NCBI GenBank assembly: GCA_031409955.1
Contig: JANNYF010000120.1
Span: 10,780-74,779 of the forward strand
Reading direction: 5' to 3'
DNA from: Blastocatellia bacterium
GTDB lineage: Bacteria > Acidobacteriota > Blastocatellia > RBC074
DNA length: 64,000 nt
How positions within the stretch are numbered: position 1 is the stretch's first letter; each line of letters starts with the position of its first letter. Of this stretch, positions 22,784-34,594 are shown piece after piece. The notes under the pieces were generated by a model, which saw only the letters and a list, made by a program, of their open reading frames with translations, was not told the DNA's origin and ran no database searches. Both the position numbers and the translations under genes were made by a program.

Positions 22784-24013
22784 CTATGAAGTTGATCCGT
22801 CCGTGTCGCTGCCGGACGAGGCCTCTTTGCGCGCGCGCCATTTGAATCGTTCGGCCAAAGCCCCTAGCCCCAGTCGTTCAAGTAAGGATTGTGATTCCTT
22901 CTGTCGGCTGTAGCCATAGCCATAGCCGTAGTAGCCATAATAGCCGACCTCGGACATTTGATCCGCGCCATTCAGGACAACCCCCAGAATGCGATTGGAC
23001 GGCAACGCTTCAATCGCCCGTTCGACGGTGCTGTGGCCGGCCAAGCCCGCGCGAACAACCACAATCACGGCGTCGGCGTGATTGGCCAGCAACCGCGCAT
23101 CGGCAAAGGCAACGACCGGCGGCGCGTCTATCAGAATGTAATCAAAATATTTTCTTAGTTCATTCAAAGTCTCGCCCACTCGCTCCTTCGAGAGAGACTC
23201 CGCCGGTTGAGCGGCTTCCCGGCTGGAAGACAAAATATACAAACTTGAATCTGCGACTCGGACGATGGAGGGCAATGCTTCACTGACTTCATTGATGACC
23301 TCACCAAAGCCCAACTCAAAATCCAGCCCCAAATAGGAACTCACACTGGGGCGGCGCAAATCGCCATCTATGACCAGCACGCGTTTCTCTTTGGATTGGG
23401 CAATGGCCCAGGCGAGGTTCAGAATCGTTGACGTTTTCCCTTCGCCTGCGATGGCGCTTGTGAGCAAAATAATTTGGGTCAGTTGCCGTTCGGCGGCGTG
23501 AAAGACCTGCGTTCTCAATGTCCGATACTGCTCACACCCGGTTGATTGTGAGTCGGTAAATAAAACCAAGCGCGTATGCAAACGCGTGTCGTCCAACCAG
23601 ACGGTCGTGGGAACTGATGGCTCAACTGTAAACGGCGGAGTGAATGATTTTTCTTTCCCGTTGTCCGTAAACATAGCCGATTTCGGAACCGGGACCAATC
23701 CGGTACTCCCACTCACAGGACTTCCATTCGTGGAAGTCGAAGGCAACCCCGGATAGTATCCAGCGGTTGCCCTTGCGCCGTAGTCATTGAACTCATCTGT
23801 AGATTCGGTCAATTCGTCGTCGGAAAAAAATGTAAAAACGGCACCGTCATTCGAGCGCGGCGCGCTTGGCATCCCGATTCGCTCTGGTAACTCGAACCGT
23901 CGAACATCAGTATCCGGCGCAGTTTCAGGGGAACCAATCGCATCCGCCAGTGGGTCTCTTGGTACTTCCTGATTTTCCTGTTGGCGCTGAAGCGCCTCTA
24001 ACACACGTCCCAT
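22784..24013 (-). CDS. CpsD/CapB family bacterial tyrosine kinase
   Basis: EQYRTLRT, Walker A GEGKT, DGDLRRP, IDAPP, Tyr cluster YYGYYGYGYGY. Confidence 0.92.
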   Translation of the reverse strand: MGRVLEALQRQQENQEVPRDPLADAIGSPETAPDTDVRRFELPERIGMPSAPRSNDGAVFTFFSDDELTESTDEFNDYGARATAGYYPGLPSTSTNGSPVSGSTGLVPVPKSAMFTDNGKEKSFTPPFTVEPSVPTTVWLDDTRLHTRLVLFTDSQSTGCEQYRTLRTQVFHAAERQLTQIILLTSAIAGEGKTSTILNLAWAIAQSKEKRVLVIDGDLRRPSVSSYLGLDFELGFGEVINEVSEALPSIVRVADSSLYILSSSREAAQPAESLSKERVGETLNELRKYFDYILIDAPPVVAFADARLLANHADAVIVVVRAGLAGHSTVERAIEALPSNRILGVVLNGADQMSEVGYYGYYGYGYGYSRQKESQSLLERLGLGALAERFKWRARKEASSGSDTDGSTS

Positions 24014-24056
24014 GAAACACCTATTTGTGAGAAGGAGGGCACAACTTTATTAAGCC

Positions 24057-25166
24057 TCAAGCGCGATTTTCAGACTCAGTCGTCACTACGCCAAAATCGG
24101 ATGCGGCCTTGCCATTGCTATCGGTCCCGGTTGCAACCGACTGATTGTTCGACGGGGTCGGCAGTGATGCGATACGAGGGGGTTCCTGCCGCGGATTCAG
24201 TTGCGAACGAGCCGAACGTAAGGGGGTGGCTTCCGCAGCTCTGAGCCGTGGACGATTGGGATTATCAAAGTGCCGCCATTCATCTCGAACATCATCTTTG
24301 ATAATAGATTTCGCTGGCAACCCGCCCAGCAATGCTTCTGTTTCATCTGCCTCCATTGAGGGGCGAACCAGATCAAGATCTTCGACAACTTCGGCAATAA
24401 TTTTCTGTGTAATTTGTTTCGCGCCGCCCGCAAAGCCATTGAGCAACGCATTATCGCAAATGTTATTGATCAGGCGCGGGATACCTTCCGAAGCGCGATG
24501 AATCATGGCGACGGCATCTGCCGTGAACAAATCCAGGCGCGTTGCACCAGCAGTTTTGAGGCGGGCGCGAATATACACTGACACTTCGTCAGAACGCAGC
24601 GGTTTGATTTCGCAACGCAAACTGATGCGCTGTTTGAGTTGCCGCAAGGCCGGATCGTTGAGAACCTGCCGCAACTCTGGTTGACCAGCCAAAATGATTT
24701 GCAATTGTTTTTCTGTGTAAGTCTCGAAGTTCAGCAATAGGCGAATTTCTTCGAGTAATTCTTGTGACAGCCCTTGCGCTTCGTCAACGATCAAAACGCT
24801 TCTTAATCCGCGTGCATGCCGCGTCATCAACAAACGCCCAAACTTCATCAGTAAATCCGATTTTGAAGCATACTGCGTGACGCCGAAGCTGGTCGCAATG
24901 TAATGGTAAAACTCTGAAACTGTCAGCCCTGGATTGAAGATGTAGCACGTCAGAACGCTCCGATCCAACCGTGCCAACATCGCGCGTAGCATCGTCGTTT
25001 TGCCAGTCCCGACTTCTCCACTGGCGACGATCAGGCCTTTGCCGTGTTGAATGCCATAGTGCAGATTTGCCATCACTTCACGATGACTGGCGGTGAAATA
25101 AAGGAACCGCGGATCAGGAGTCAAACTGAACGGGATGTCACGCAATCCATAAAATTCTTTGTACAT
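24057..25166 (-). CDS. ExeA-like AAA ATPase (XrtA/PEP-CTERM-system associated type)
   Basis: MYKEFYGL..PFSLTPDP, GEVGTGKT, VDEAQ, GQPEL, GIPRLIN. Confidence 0.9.
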   Translation of the reverse strand: MYKEFYGLRDIPFSLTPDPRFLYFTASHREVMANLHYGIQHGKGLIVASGEVGTGKTTMLRAMLARLDRSVLTCYIFNPGLTVSEFYHYIATSFGVTQYASKSDLLMKFGRLLMTRHARGLRSVLIVDEAQGLSQELLEEIRLLLNFETYTEKQLQIILAGQPELRQVLNDPALRQLKQRISLRCEIKPLRSDEVSVYIRARLKTAGATRLDLFTADAVAMIHRASEGIPRLINNICDNALLNGFAGGAKQITQKIIAEVVEDLDLVRPSMEADETEALLGGLPAKSIIKDDVRDEWRHFDNPNRPRLRAAEATPLRSARSQLNPRQEPPRIASLPTPSNNQSVATGTDSNGKAASDFGVVTTESENRA

Positions 25167-25231
25167 AAATTTCTTCTTTCTTCTTGCCGGCCTCTTGCGG
25201 CGATGCTAATTCGGTATCGTCAATCAGTAAA

Positions 25232-25277
25232 GAACAAAAATTCTGGTCGGAGCGAAGAAAGTCCCTCCGACCAGAAT
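25232..25277 (-). terminator. Intrinsic terminator-like hairpin after the chain-length gene
   Basis: attctggtcggag / ctccgaccagaat 13-bp stem followed on the minus strand by a U-rich tract. Confidence 0.6.
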
Positions 25278-25284
25278 GGGTTCA

Positions 25285-26901
25285 TTAATAAACGCCGGCA
25301 AAAACGTTCAGCACTCGTGAATGTGTAACCACCGTCACCAACACTGGGATTGCTACCAGAATCAAAAGCAGGACTCCAGCAAATTGCACCAAGCGCAACA
25401 TCGCACGTTGCTGCCGCTCGTTCTCCGTCACGATTTGCGGCACCGTCACGAGCAACGGTAAATGCATATAATGTTCGACGTCACGGGCATCTTGAATCGT
25501 AAACAATGATCGCGCTTCGACGGCCAGCGCAATGACTAAGCCTGATGCCAGCCCCAGCAGCAAGGAGAGCGGATAGAGCATCCAGCGCTGCGGTGCCACG
25601 GGTTTTTGTGGCAAATACGCCGGGTCTTGCAAGCGAAACGTATTCCCACTCAATTCGTTGGTTAACTTGGATCCCCAATCCACATTATTTTTCTGGACGA
25701 GCAAATCATCGTAGCTTTTCTTCAAGGTGTTGTAATCGCGCTCAATCTTTTGCACGGTTGCTTGCAAAGCCGGAATCATTTGCAACTTGGAGTTGAAACG
25801 ATTGATTTCGGCTTGCAGTTGATTAAGCTCGTTCTGCTTGATTTCCAGTTCACGCTGGCTCCCGGCGATACGCAGTTTCAAGCCTTCGATTTCAGGCTTT
25901 TTTGCGGCCTCACGTGCTTTTTGGAGGCGGTCTCTGTCTTCTGCCGACTCATTCTTTTCATCCGTTTTCGCATCTAGTATTTGAGTGTCAATTGCTTCGA
26001 TTTGGGCGCGGGCTTCCTGTACCTCAGGATGCTTGTCTGTGTAAATTTTCAGGAGCATGTTGAGCTTCGCCACATAATCGGCCTTCTTGGCTCTCAATTG
26101 TGCTTCAATTTGCCCTTTAGCAAAGGACCGCATCGGGTCAGACGCCGTAAACTCTGTAGAGTTATAGACACCCAAGGTTTGCTCCAGCATCAGGAGGTTG
26201 TTCTTTGCCGAATCAATCGAAGTTTGCATGGATTGCCGCTGCATTTGCAGCGCATTGACTTGCCCAATAATGGTTTTGTCATTGCCTTCAACGGCTTCAG
26301 GATGTTCCGCTTGCATCGTGGCCCGCTGTCCCTCAATTTCTTCCAATTGCTTTTTGCGTTGACTGAGTTGATCTTCGATTTGATCCTGCAAGCGCTTGGT
26401 TTCGATCACGGTGGCATCCGTATTGGCGTTGATAAAGCGAGTTGCCAAATCAGAGGTAACCAACTTTACGGTTTCCGGGTCTGACCCTTTAAACTGGATC
26501 AGGAAAGCATTCGCCCCGGAACCAGTATTTCTAACCTGTAAATCAATCCGCTTGCGCATCTCGTCCAGCAAGACTTCCTCCGGGGTATTGATCGCTTTGA
26601 GTTCTCGAAACAAACCGAAATTGTCAATGATCTCCTTGAGACCTGTTCGGCTGGTAACTAAGTTTTTGATTGTTGCTAAGCGAGTGCTGATGTCTATGGG
26701 GATGGGTTGCGAAACAACTTGGTTACTGACTTTGGATTGTTCGACCAAAATCATGGTTTCAGACATATAAACGTTTGGCAGACGATAGATCGCGTACGCC
26801 AGCGTAATCGCAACGATTATCGTCGGCACAACAACGAAAAACTTTCGTCGCCACAACATTCGCAGATATTCGGCAGGGGTCCTTACTCTAAAACTAGCCA
26901 T
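25285..26901 (-). CDS. Polysaccharide co-polymerase/chain-length determinant (Wzc/GumC N-terminal type)
   Basis: Wzz-like N-terminus (LPNVYMSET), long coiled coil, DPAYLPQKPVAP plus TM helices. Confidence 0.88.
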   Translation of the reverse strand: MASFRVRTPAEYLRMLWRRKFFVVVPTIIVAITLAYAIYRLPNVYMSETMILVEQSKVSNQVVSQPIPIDISTRLATIKNLVTSRTGLKEIIDNFGLFRELKAINTPEEVLLDEMRKRIDLQVRNTGSGANAFLIQFKGSDPETVKLVTSDLATRFINANTDATVIETKRLQDQIEDQLSQRKKQLEEIEGQRATMQAEHPEAVEGNDKTIIGQVNALQMQRQSMQTSIDSAKNNLLMLEQTLGVYNSTEFTASDPMRSFAKGQIEAQLRAKKADYVAKLNMLLKIYTDKHPEVQEARAQIEAIDTQILDAKTDEKNESAEDRDRLQKAREAAKKPEIEGLKLRIAGSQRELEIKQNELNQLQAEINRFNSKLQMIPALQATVQKIERDYNTLKKSYDDLLVQKNNVDWGSKLTNELSGNTFRLQDPAYLPQKPVAPQRWMLYPLSLLLGLASGLVIALAVEARSLFTIQDARDVEHYMHLPLLVTVPQIVTENERQQRAMLRLVQFAGVLLLILVAIPVLVTVVTHSRVLNVFAGVY

Positions 26902-27663
26902 ATTCGACTCTCCTTGTGCTAAGTAGCTTGCTTCTCAGGCGACCACTCTGACTCTCTCTCATGCTGGCCAAGAGGATAGCTACTATCCCAGCTTTCCGCG
27001 ATAAAAATACTGACCTCCTGTCACAAAGGTCTTGCCGGCTAATGATGTATCAGTGTCGCCTTGGTTGAAGCGGACAGGCAACAACCGGGCGAATGGGGAC
27101 TGAGCAAGAAAGCTCTCACTGGTTCTCTCGGGCAGGACACCTTGACGTTTCTTGAGTCGCGGCGGGGGGAGCCGAATGTTACATTACATTGAACGAAATT
27201 AGTGTAAAACGAAAACGCCTCCACAGTCGCTCGAAAAAGCGTCTGCGGAGGCGGCTCTGATTCTAACTATCAAAACGCGAATCTCCACAGACCCATCAAC
27301 AATAATATCTCCAATTCGCGCTTGGTGAAGTCAGATTATCTAGCTTAGAGCGGAGCGAGTCAATCACTTAATGAAACACCGTCGTTTTTTTGTTCAGACG
27401 TTTGAATTGACTTTACCGAAAAGGTATTGATCGTTGTCGGTCAATCAATACCGCGCCTTACCCGCAAGAACCCTTTGCGGTTTCTGATGCTACGAACTAA
27501 AAAGCAATAACCCTATCCCATACAATCTAACCCTTTTATTACAAACGTTTACTGAACCAATAATAACAGGAGGTTATCGTACGTGTACTCGTAGTCAAGA
27601 TAAATACTGCCTACTTAACACCCTCTTTTCCTATACAAAAAAGAAAGCGCGCAAAGAAATTTT

Positions 27664-30135
27664 TTATCGCAGTTTGGCGATCTCATTCTTCACAACTTCC
27701 GCGTCTCGGTACTCCCCCCCGCCCAGTTTGAGGGCCTGTTCATACGCCTGTAAGGCCTTTCCCTTATCACCATTTTCCTGATAAGCCTTGGCCAGATGAT
27801 GATGAAAAGTTGGATCGTTCGGGCGTCGCTCAATCGCCTTCCGGTACTGCTCAATCGCTACGCCGTAGAGCCTCTTTTTGTGTAAGACATACCCAAGCGT
27901 GTCGTAATAACTCGCAATCGTTGGTGCTAGTTGAATCGCCTTTCGGGCGTGTTCGGCAGCTTTGTCGAGATTGCCTTTGCTTTTATCCGCCATTACCCAC
28001 GCCAAATTATTGAAGGCAATCGAAGCGACCGAAGTCCGAGCGTCCAAGGCAATGGAGCGCTCATAATTCTTGATGGCTTCCTCATATCGTCCCCGCTCTT
28101 CTTCCGTCATACCGAGCAGCAGGTGAGCCTGTGCCAATTGGCGAGGGTTATCAGGACGAAGGTTCACCACTTGCTGTAGCTCATTGATGGCTTGATCTGC
28201 TTTATCCTGGCTTTTATAAAACGCAAATTTTTTGAAATATGCATCCAGGTATTTCGGATCCGCTTCCAGCACCTGCCGCAGTGTGAGTTCAGTATTGGCG
28301 GGGTCGCCTTGCGCTGAGTAAACGGCAACTTTCTGATCAAGTAAGAAAGCTTTCTTGCTCGGCTGCGAAGCAATCAACGCATCCAGGGTTTGCAGCGCAG
28401 TCGAGTAGTCTTTTTGTGCCACGTAAACGTTGATCACACTCGTCACGGCAGTTTCAGCTAAAGGTCTGATTTCGAGCGTTTGGTCAGCAAGCTGCCTGGC
28501 TTTAGTCAAATCATTTTTGCTTAACAAAATATTCATCAAGTTGCCACGTGCCTCGGCATTGCGTGGATCAATCTGTACCGCTCGTTCCAAATCAGCAAGC
28601 GCTCCGACCATATCCTTCAACTGTATCTTTGCTACTGCGCGCGCAGCATAGCTCTGGCTTTCCAATCCAGGTAAGGATTCCGGATCCAACCGCGAAGATT
28701 GTAAAGCCACTGCATTAGCTCGCAAGGAATTGAGCCCCGCAATAATTCGATCTGCCGTTTTGATGGCCTCATTGATCTCATCTTTAGCTGTCGTGTTTGC
28801 TTCACCTGACGGTCTGGTTTGACTCAGCAGAATGCGAATCTTCATCAACAACCCGGCAGGACTTTCAGGATAATATTTCAGCAATTCGCCGATATCGGAT
28901 CGGGCTCGTTCTGGATCACCGTCCCGCACTCTGGCGTCAGCCATAAAGTACAACCCCATCGCATGCTTCGGTTCATTTTTGAGAACCTGTTCCAAATCTG
29001 CAATCGCTTCACGAGTTCTACCATTGTTAATATTCAGCCGCCCTCGCATCAGCAACGCATCGGTGTTTTGCTTGTCTACTTTCAGCGCAGCTTCAACTTG
29101 CTGTTGCGCGCCAGCCAAATCACCTTTGCCCATCAATAAGCCCGCAAGCTGCACATAAGCATGAATGAATTTCGGGCTTTGTTTGATCAAGTCTTGGTAT
29201 TCGTTAATGGCCTGATCTATTTTGCCTTCACGTGCATGCAAATCAATCAATTGGGCCCGTCCGGCATTTTTGTCCGGGTTAACTTCCGCCAGTCTGGTCA
29301 AATATTTCTCGGCCTCCGCAAGGTTTTTTCGGGATTCATAAAAGCGGGCAATGGCCGCCAGTGCGATGCGATCATTCGGCTCTGCGTCTACCGCTTGTTT
29401 GAGTTGTGTCTCAGCCTCATCCAGACGTTGATTGGAGTAAAGAAAATCTGCGAACGCCAAATGAGCCAAACTGGATTTCGAGTTTAATTCGAGCGCCTGT
29501 TTGAAATGCTTTTCTGCTTCTGCCAGGAAGGCGGCCCTCTCGGCACCAGACTTCCCGCGTTCCTGCCAGAATTTCGCGTAACTCAAGTGGCTTTCCACGC
29601 GCTTTGGATCAAGGGCAATCGCACGTTTCAAGTCCTGCTCAGCTTCCGTCCATTTTTGCTGAGCAGTGCGCACACTGGCGCGCAAAATATAGCCTTCGAT
29701 GTTATTCGCATCAGCTCCCAGCACTTCTCGCGCGTACTTTTCCGCCTCGGTGATGTTATTGGAATCACGGACAAACTGAAGGTAGATGTTGCCCAAACGG
29801 ATTTTGGCATCTAGGTTTTTCGGGTCTAACTCAATTGTTGCCGTGAGTGCCTCATACGCCTCTTGCACATTGTTTAGGCCGAGCGCCGCTTCTGCGAGAC
29901 CATACGTCGCTTCCGCCGACTTTTTGTCCAGCGACAATAAGTTACGGAATTCAATGCGCGCTTCGTTGTATTTTTTTTCCTGTAAATACTGTTTGCCTTT
30001 TGCCAGGTGTTTGAGTTTGGCTTTTTCGGGGTCTTCCTTGCAGGCCTGAACCAGGAGGCAGGTGAGCGCAAGAAAAGAGAGCAGAACCAGGCGAACTGTG
30101 CGACCAGTGAGGTTGTGAGAATGCATGTTTTTCAA
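27664..30135 (-). CDS. TPR-repeat lipoprotein (PrsT-like)
   Basis: Lipobox LVQAC; many TPR units; NNLAW...DTLG signature. Confidence 0.82.
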   Translation of the reverse strand: MKNMHSHNLTGRTVRLVLLSFLALTCLLVQACKEDPEKAKLKHLAKGKQYLQEKKYNEARIEFRNLLSLDKKSAEATYGLAEAALGLNNVQEAYEALTATIELDPKNLDAKIRLGNIYLQFVRDSNNITEAEKYAREVLGADANNIEGYILRASVRTAQQKWTEAEQDLKRAIALDPKRVESHLSYAKFWQERGKSGAERAAFLAEAEKHFKQALELNSKSSLAHLAFADFLYSNQRLDEAETQLKQAVDAEPNDRIALAAIARFYESRKNLAEAEKYLTRLAEVNPDKNAGRAQLIDLHAREGKIDQAINEYQDLIKQSPKFIHAYVQLAGLLMGKGDLAGAQQQVEAALKVDKQNTDALLMRGRLNINNGRTREAIADLEQVLKNEPKHAMGLYFMADARVRDGDPERARSDIGELLKYYPESPAGLLMKIRILLSQTRPSGEANTTAKDEINEAIKTADRIIAGLNSLRANAVALQSSRLDPESLPGLESQSYAARAVAKIQLKDMVGALADLERAVQIDPRNAEARGNLMNILLSKNDLTKARQLADQTLEIRPLAETAVTSVINVYVAQKDYSTALQTLDALIASQPSKKAFLLDQKVAVYSAQGDPANTELTLRQVLEADPKYLDAYFKKFAFYKSQDKADQAINELQQVVNLRPDNPRQLAQAHLLLGMTEEERGRYEEAIKNYERSIALDARTSVASIAFNNLAWVMADKSKGNLDKAAEHARKAIQLAPTIASYYDTLGYVLHKKRLYGVAIEQYRKAIERRPNDPTFHHHLAKAYQENGDKGKALQAYEQALKLGGGEYRDAEVVKNEIAKLR

Positions 30136-30378
30136 ATGAGTCTTTCTTAGTTTAGTGATAGGAGCTAGTAGTAACCCATTCCGTAGGGCAAATGTGCGAG
30201 GACTTGAAATCGCTTTCAGGAGACCTTGCGAGGCTTACGACTTGAGCTTCTATTTGAAGGGGGCACACACGATGAAGTGGCAGTCTATCCTACGCTTTAG
30301 AGCGGAGCAAGAGAAAGTTCAGCCGCAGCATGCTACTGCCTTCAGAGATGAATACCGAGAAAAGACCTGCTGATTGGG

Positions 30379-31221
30379 CTAATTCAACTGCGCTTGTCGT
30401 TGCCGAACATCATTCAGCACTTCTTTAATTCTATCTTTGTCATCGGCATGGGGAATGCGACGCAAATAAGTTTCCAGATTAACGCATGCCTGCGAATATT
30501 TTTTCAAGCCATAACAAGCCAGCCCGCGATCACGAATCTCAAGGGGCGCATCTGGCGTGAGAAGCAGTAACCGCTCAATGACACCCAGCAGCTTATGCAA
30601 ATCGGAAGCATTCGCATACACATTCTTCAGGTTTTGCAGCATCCGGCTGAGGATTTGCTTCTTCGTGACTGCGTGCAGAAATGCCTGCTCAAAGCTGATC
30701 CGTCCGTCGTACAGTTCTTCAATCATTTCGCGGCAATTCGATTCCGCCAGTACACGTCCGCCATTGAACGGATCAAAGAATACTTCCTGTTCGTCGTCAC
30801 TATATTTGACCAGGAAATGCCCTGGCATTCCGACGCCGAACAGCTTGATACCAAGTCGTCGCGCCACTTCGATAAAAACCACCGAAAGCGTAATCGGAAG
30901 GCCGGTGCCGCGCTCCATCACATCGTTCAGAAAGCTGTTGCGAGCATTGAAATAATCCTTACTGTTGCCTGTGAAGCGCCCTTCGTAAAACAAATACGCC
31001 GCCAGTTTTGTAGCGCATTCCAACGGCTCGAAAAGTTCTCCCAATGTCATCCGTTGCTGCACGTCTTCGGCCAGTTCATCAAGCTGTGTAAGGTACTCGT
31101 CCACCTGCATCGCCGGATATTCTTCGGCAGCCAGAAGCAACGCCGCACGATCCAATTCAAGCGCGGATTCATCGCGTGAAATCAACTCTGTGAATTGTTG
31201 CCGGGCATCTTCTTTGGTCAT
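30379..31221 (-). CDS. SirB1/transglutaminase-like TPR protein
   Basis: NSFLNDVMER.TGLPITLS, GMPGHFL, FDPF.GG, EIRDRG. Confidence 0.88.
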   Translation of the reverse strand: MTKEDARQQFTELISRDESALELDRAALLLAAEEYPAMQVDEYLTQLDELAEDVQQRMTLGELFEPLECATKLAAYLFYEGRFTGNSKDYFNARNSFLNDVMERGTGLPITLSVVFIEVARRLGIKLFGVGMPGHFLVKYSDDEQEVFFDPFNGGRVLAESNCREMIEELYDGRISFEQAFLHAVTKKQILSRMLQNLKNVYANASDLHKLLGVIERLLLLTPDAPLEIRDRGLACYGLKKYSQACVNLETYLRRIPHADDKDRIKEVLNDVRQRQAQLN

Positions 31222-31238
31222 GCACAAACCATTCGCAT

Positions 31239-31796
31239 TTACTTGATCAACCTTTGCACGGCCTTGAATTCCGCAGCATCCGACGATTTCATCATTTCAA
31301 ACAACGCCATCTCCACCGAAGAAAGAATGGCTCCGGCGCGCTGCATTTTCGTCAGCGCGACTTCGCAGTTGTGAGGGAAACGTGCGCCAATCGCCTCGCT
31401 AATCAAATGTACCTGATAGCCGAGTTGCAACAAATCATGTGCCGTTTGGCTCACACAGATATGCGCTTCAATGCCGACGATCATCACTTGCTCAATGTGC
31501 TTCTCGCGCAACTGCAAATCGAACTCCGGCACGCCACAGCTTGAAAACGTCAGCTTCTCAATCGGCACGGTCGCTTCTGGTAAGTGCGCTTTGATTTCCG
31601 GCGCAGTATGGCCTAAGCCTTGCGGATACTGCTCCGTCACAAGGATCGGCACACCGAGCAACTTACAGCCCTGCACCATCACGGCGATGCGCTCGGCCAC
31701 TTCGTCAAAGTTCGCCATAATCGGGCGAAACTTTTCCTGCATATCAATCACGGCCAATGCCGCGCGCTTACGATCCAGTAACGATGGATGTCTCAT
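31239..31796 (-). CDS. Isochorismatase family hydrolase
   Basis: VIDMQE, TEQYPQGLG.T, GIEAHICVSQTA. Confidence 0.92.
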   Translation of the reverse strand: MRHPSLLDRKRAALAVIDMQEKFRPIMANFDEVAERIAVMVQGCKLLGVPILVTEQYPQGLGHTAPEIKAHLPEATVPIEKLTFSSCGVPEFDLQLREKHIEQVMIVGIEAHICVSQTAHDLLQLGYQVHLISEAIGARFPHNCEVALTKMQRAGAILSSVEMALFEMMKSSDAAEFKAVQRLIK

Positions 31797-31816
31797 AGCA
31801 AAAGGGGGAAAGTGAG

Positions 31817-31850
31817 AAAGCCGCTCTGGTTACATTTCCAAAGCGGCTTT
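31817..31850 (-). terminator. Hairpin/terminator downstream of the tRNA
   Basis: aaagccgct ... agcggcttt inverted repeat. Confidence 0.5.
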
Positions 31851-31865
31851 GATGATTCTCAGAAA

Positions 31866-31940
<75 letters not shown>

Positions 31941-32082
31941 GAATTGTCAATCCTGCGCGAAGGCGGAGATACTAGCAAACCCGACGCGCAGGCGTCAATC
32001 CAGCCCGTCCATGAAATTTGAAAAGGGGGTGGTAACTGGCTGGCATAAATTTAATTTCCCGTGATACACTCCGCGACTTTAA

Positions 32083-33600
<1,518 letters not shown>

Positions 33601-33673
33601 TTGGTGGTCGGTGGTCGGTGGTTGGTAGTCGGTTAGAAAACCAGCCACCAGCCACCAGCTACCAGCCACCAAC
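33601..33673. repeat. Intergenic 7-bp tandem repeats in inverted arrangement
   Basis: (ggtggtc)n then (ccagcca)n. Confidence 0.85.
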
Positions 33674-33682
33674 ATCTAAGCT

Positions 33683-34081
33683 ATGGCTAACAAAATTCAT
33701 CTCGAAATCATCACGCCTGAAAAGCTCGTCTTGCGCGAGGAAGTGGACGAAGTCGTGCTGCCGGGACTCACGGGTGAACTCGGCGTGTTGCCGGATCACG
33801 AACCGTTGATTACGCAACTCAAGACGGGCATCCTGACCTATCGGCAAGGCGGTTCGCAACAAAAGCTGCACATCAGCGGTGGCTTCGCAGAAGTGTTGGG
33901 CGACAAGGTCTCCGTGCTTTCAGACGTGGCGGAAAAGCCTGAAGAAATTGATGCCGAGCGCGCGAAAGCCGCATTGGGTCGCGCTGAGAAACGGTTGCTT
34001 GGCAGCGGCGAAACCATTGACGCCGAACGCGCAGAACTCAAAAAGGAACGGGCGAAAACTCGCATCCAACTTGTAGGCTGA
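33683..34081 (+). CDS. atpC: ATP synthase F1 epsilon
   Basis: LEIITPE, GELGVLPDHEP, SGGFAEV. Confidence 0.96.
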   Translation: MANKIHLEIITPEKLVLREEVDEVVLPGLTGELGVLPDHEPLITQLKTGILTYRQGGSQQKLHISGGFAEVLGDKVSVLSDVAEKPEEIDAERAKAALGRAEKRLLGSGETIDAERAELKKERAKTRIQLVG

Positions 34082-34107
34082 AGCACAAGCATTACAGCGG
34101 ATTCACG

Positions 34108-34143
34108 AAAGCGCAGGGAGCATTCCTTGCGCTTTTTCTTTTT
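34108..34143 (+). terminator. Intrinsic terminator after atpC
   Basis: aaagcgcaggga-gcat-tccttgcgcttt followed by a T-tract. Confidence 0.75.
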
Positions 34144-34228
34144 GGCTTTCTGCAACTATTAGCACAGCGCCGCGTTTTGGATTGCAAGCGGTACAATTCA
34201 TTCACAATCTGAATCAGGAGGTTAATCA

Positions 34229-34555
34229 ATGAAACGATCTATTTTGCTCGCCAGCGCGATTGCGGCGTTGCTGATTGCCACACTCGCATTTGCCAATCAG
34301 CGTTCGTCGCCTGCCAAAGCTTCTGACAAAACTGACTGGGAATATTTGGTGATCGTGGGCGGTCGCCAAAACCTGACCAGCTCCGGCAATAACAAGATGG
34401 CGAAGCTCTCGCTCGACAGCAGCTTTCGCGAGCATTTTCCACTCGAAGCGAATCTCGACAAACTCGGCGCAGAAGGCTGGGAGCTGGTGACTGTGACGAT
34501 GACACGCGACGAGCCGATTTATTATCTCAAAAGGCTCAAAGACGCCGCGCGATAG
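34229..34555 (+). CDS. Small exported DUF4177-like protein
   Basis: Signal peptide; WEYL...LDKLGAEGWELV...YYLKR; RBS AGGAGG. Confidence 0.7.
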   Translation: MKRSILLASAIAALLIATLAFANQRSSPAKASDKTDWEYLVIVGGRQNLTSSGNNKMAKLSLDSSFREHFPLEANLDKLGAEGWELVTVTMTRDEPIYYLKRLKDAAR

Positions 34556-34594
34556 CTCAATCACCAGGCTGCGGGTATAATCCCTGCCCGCTGC

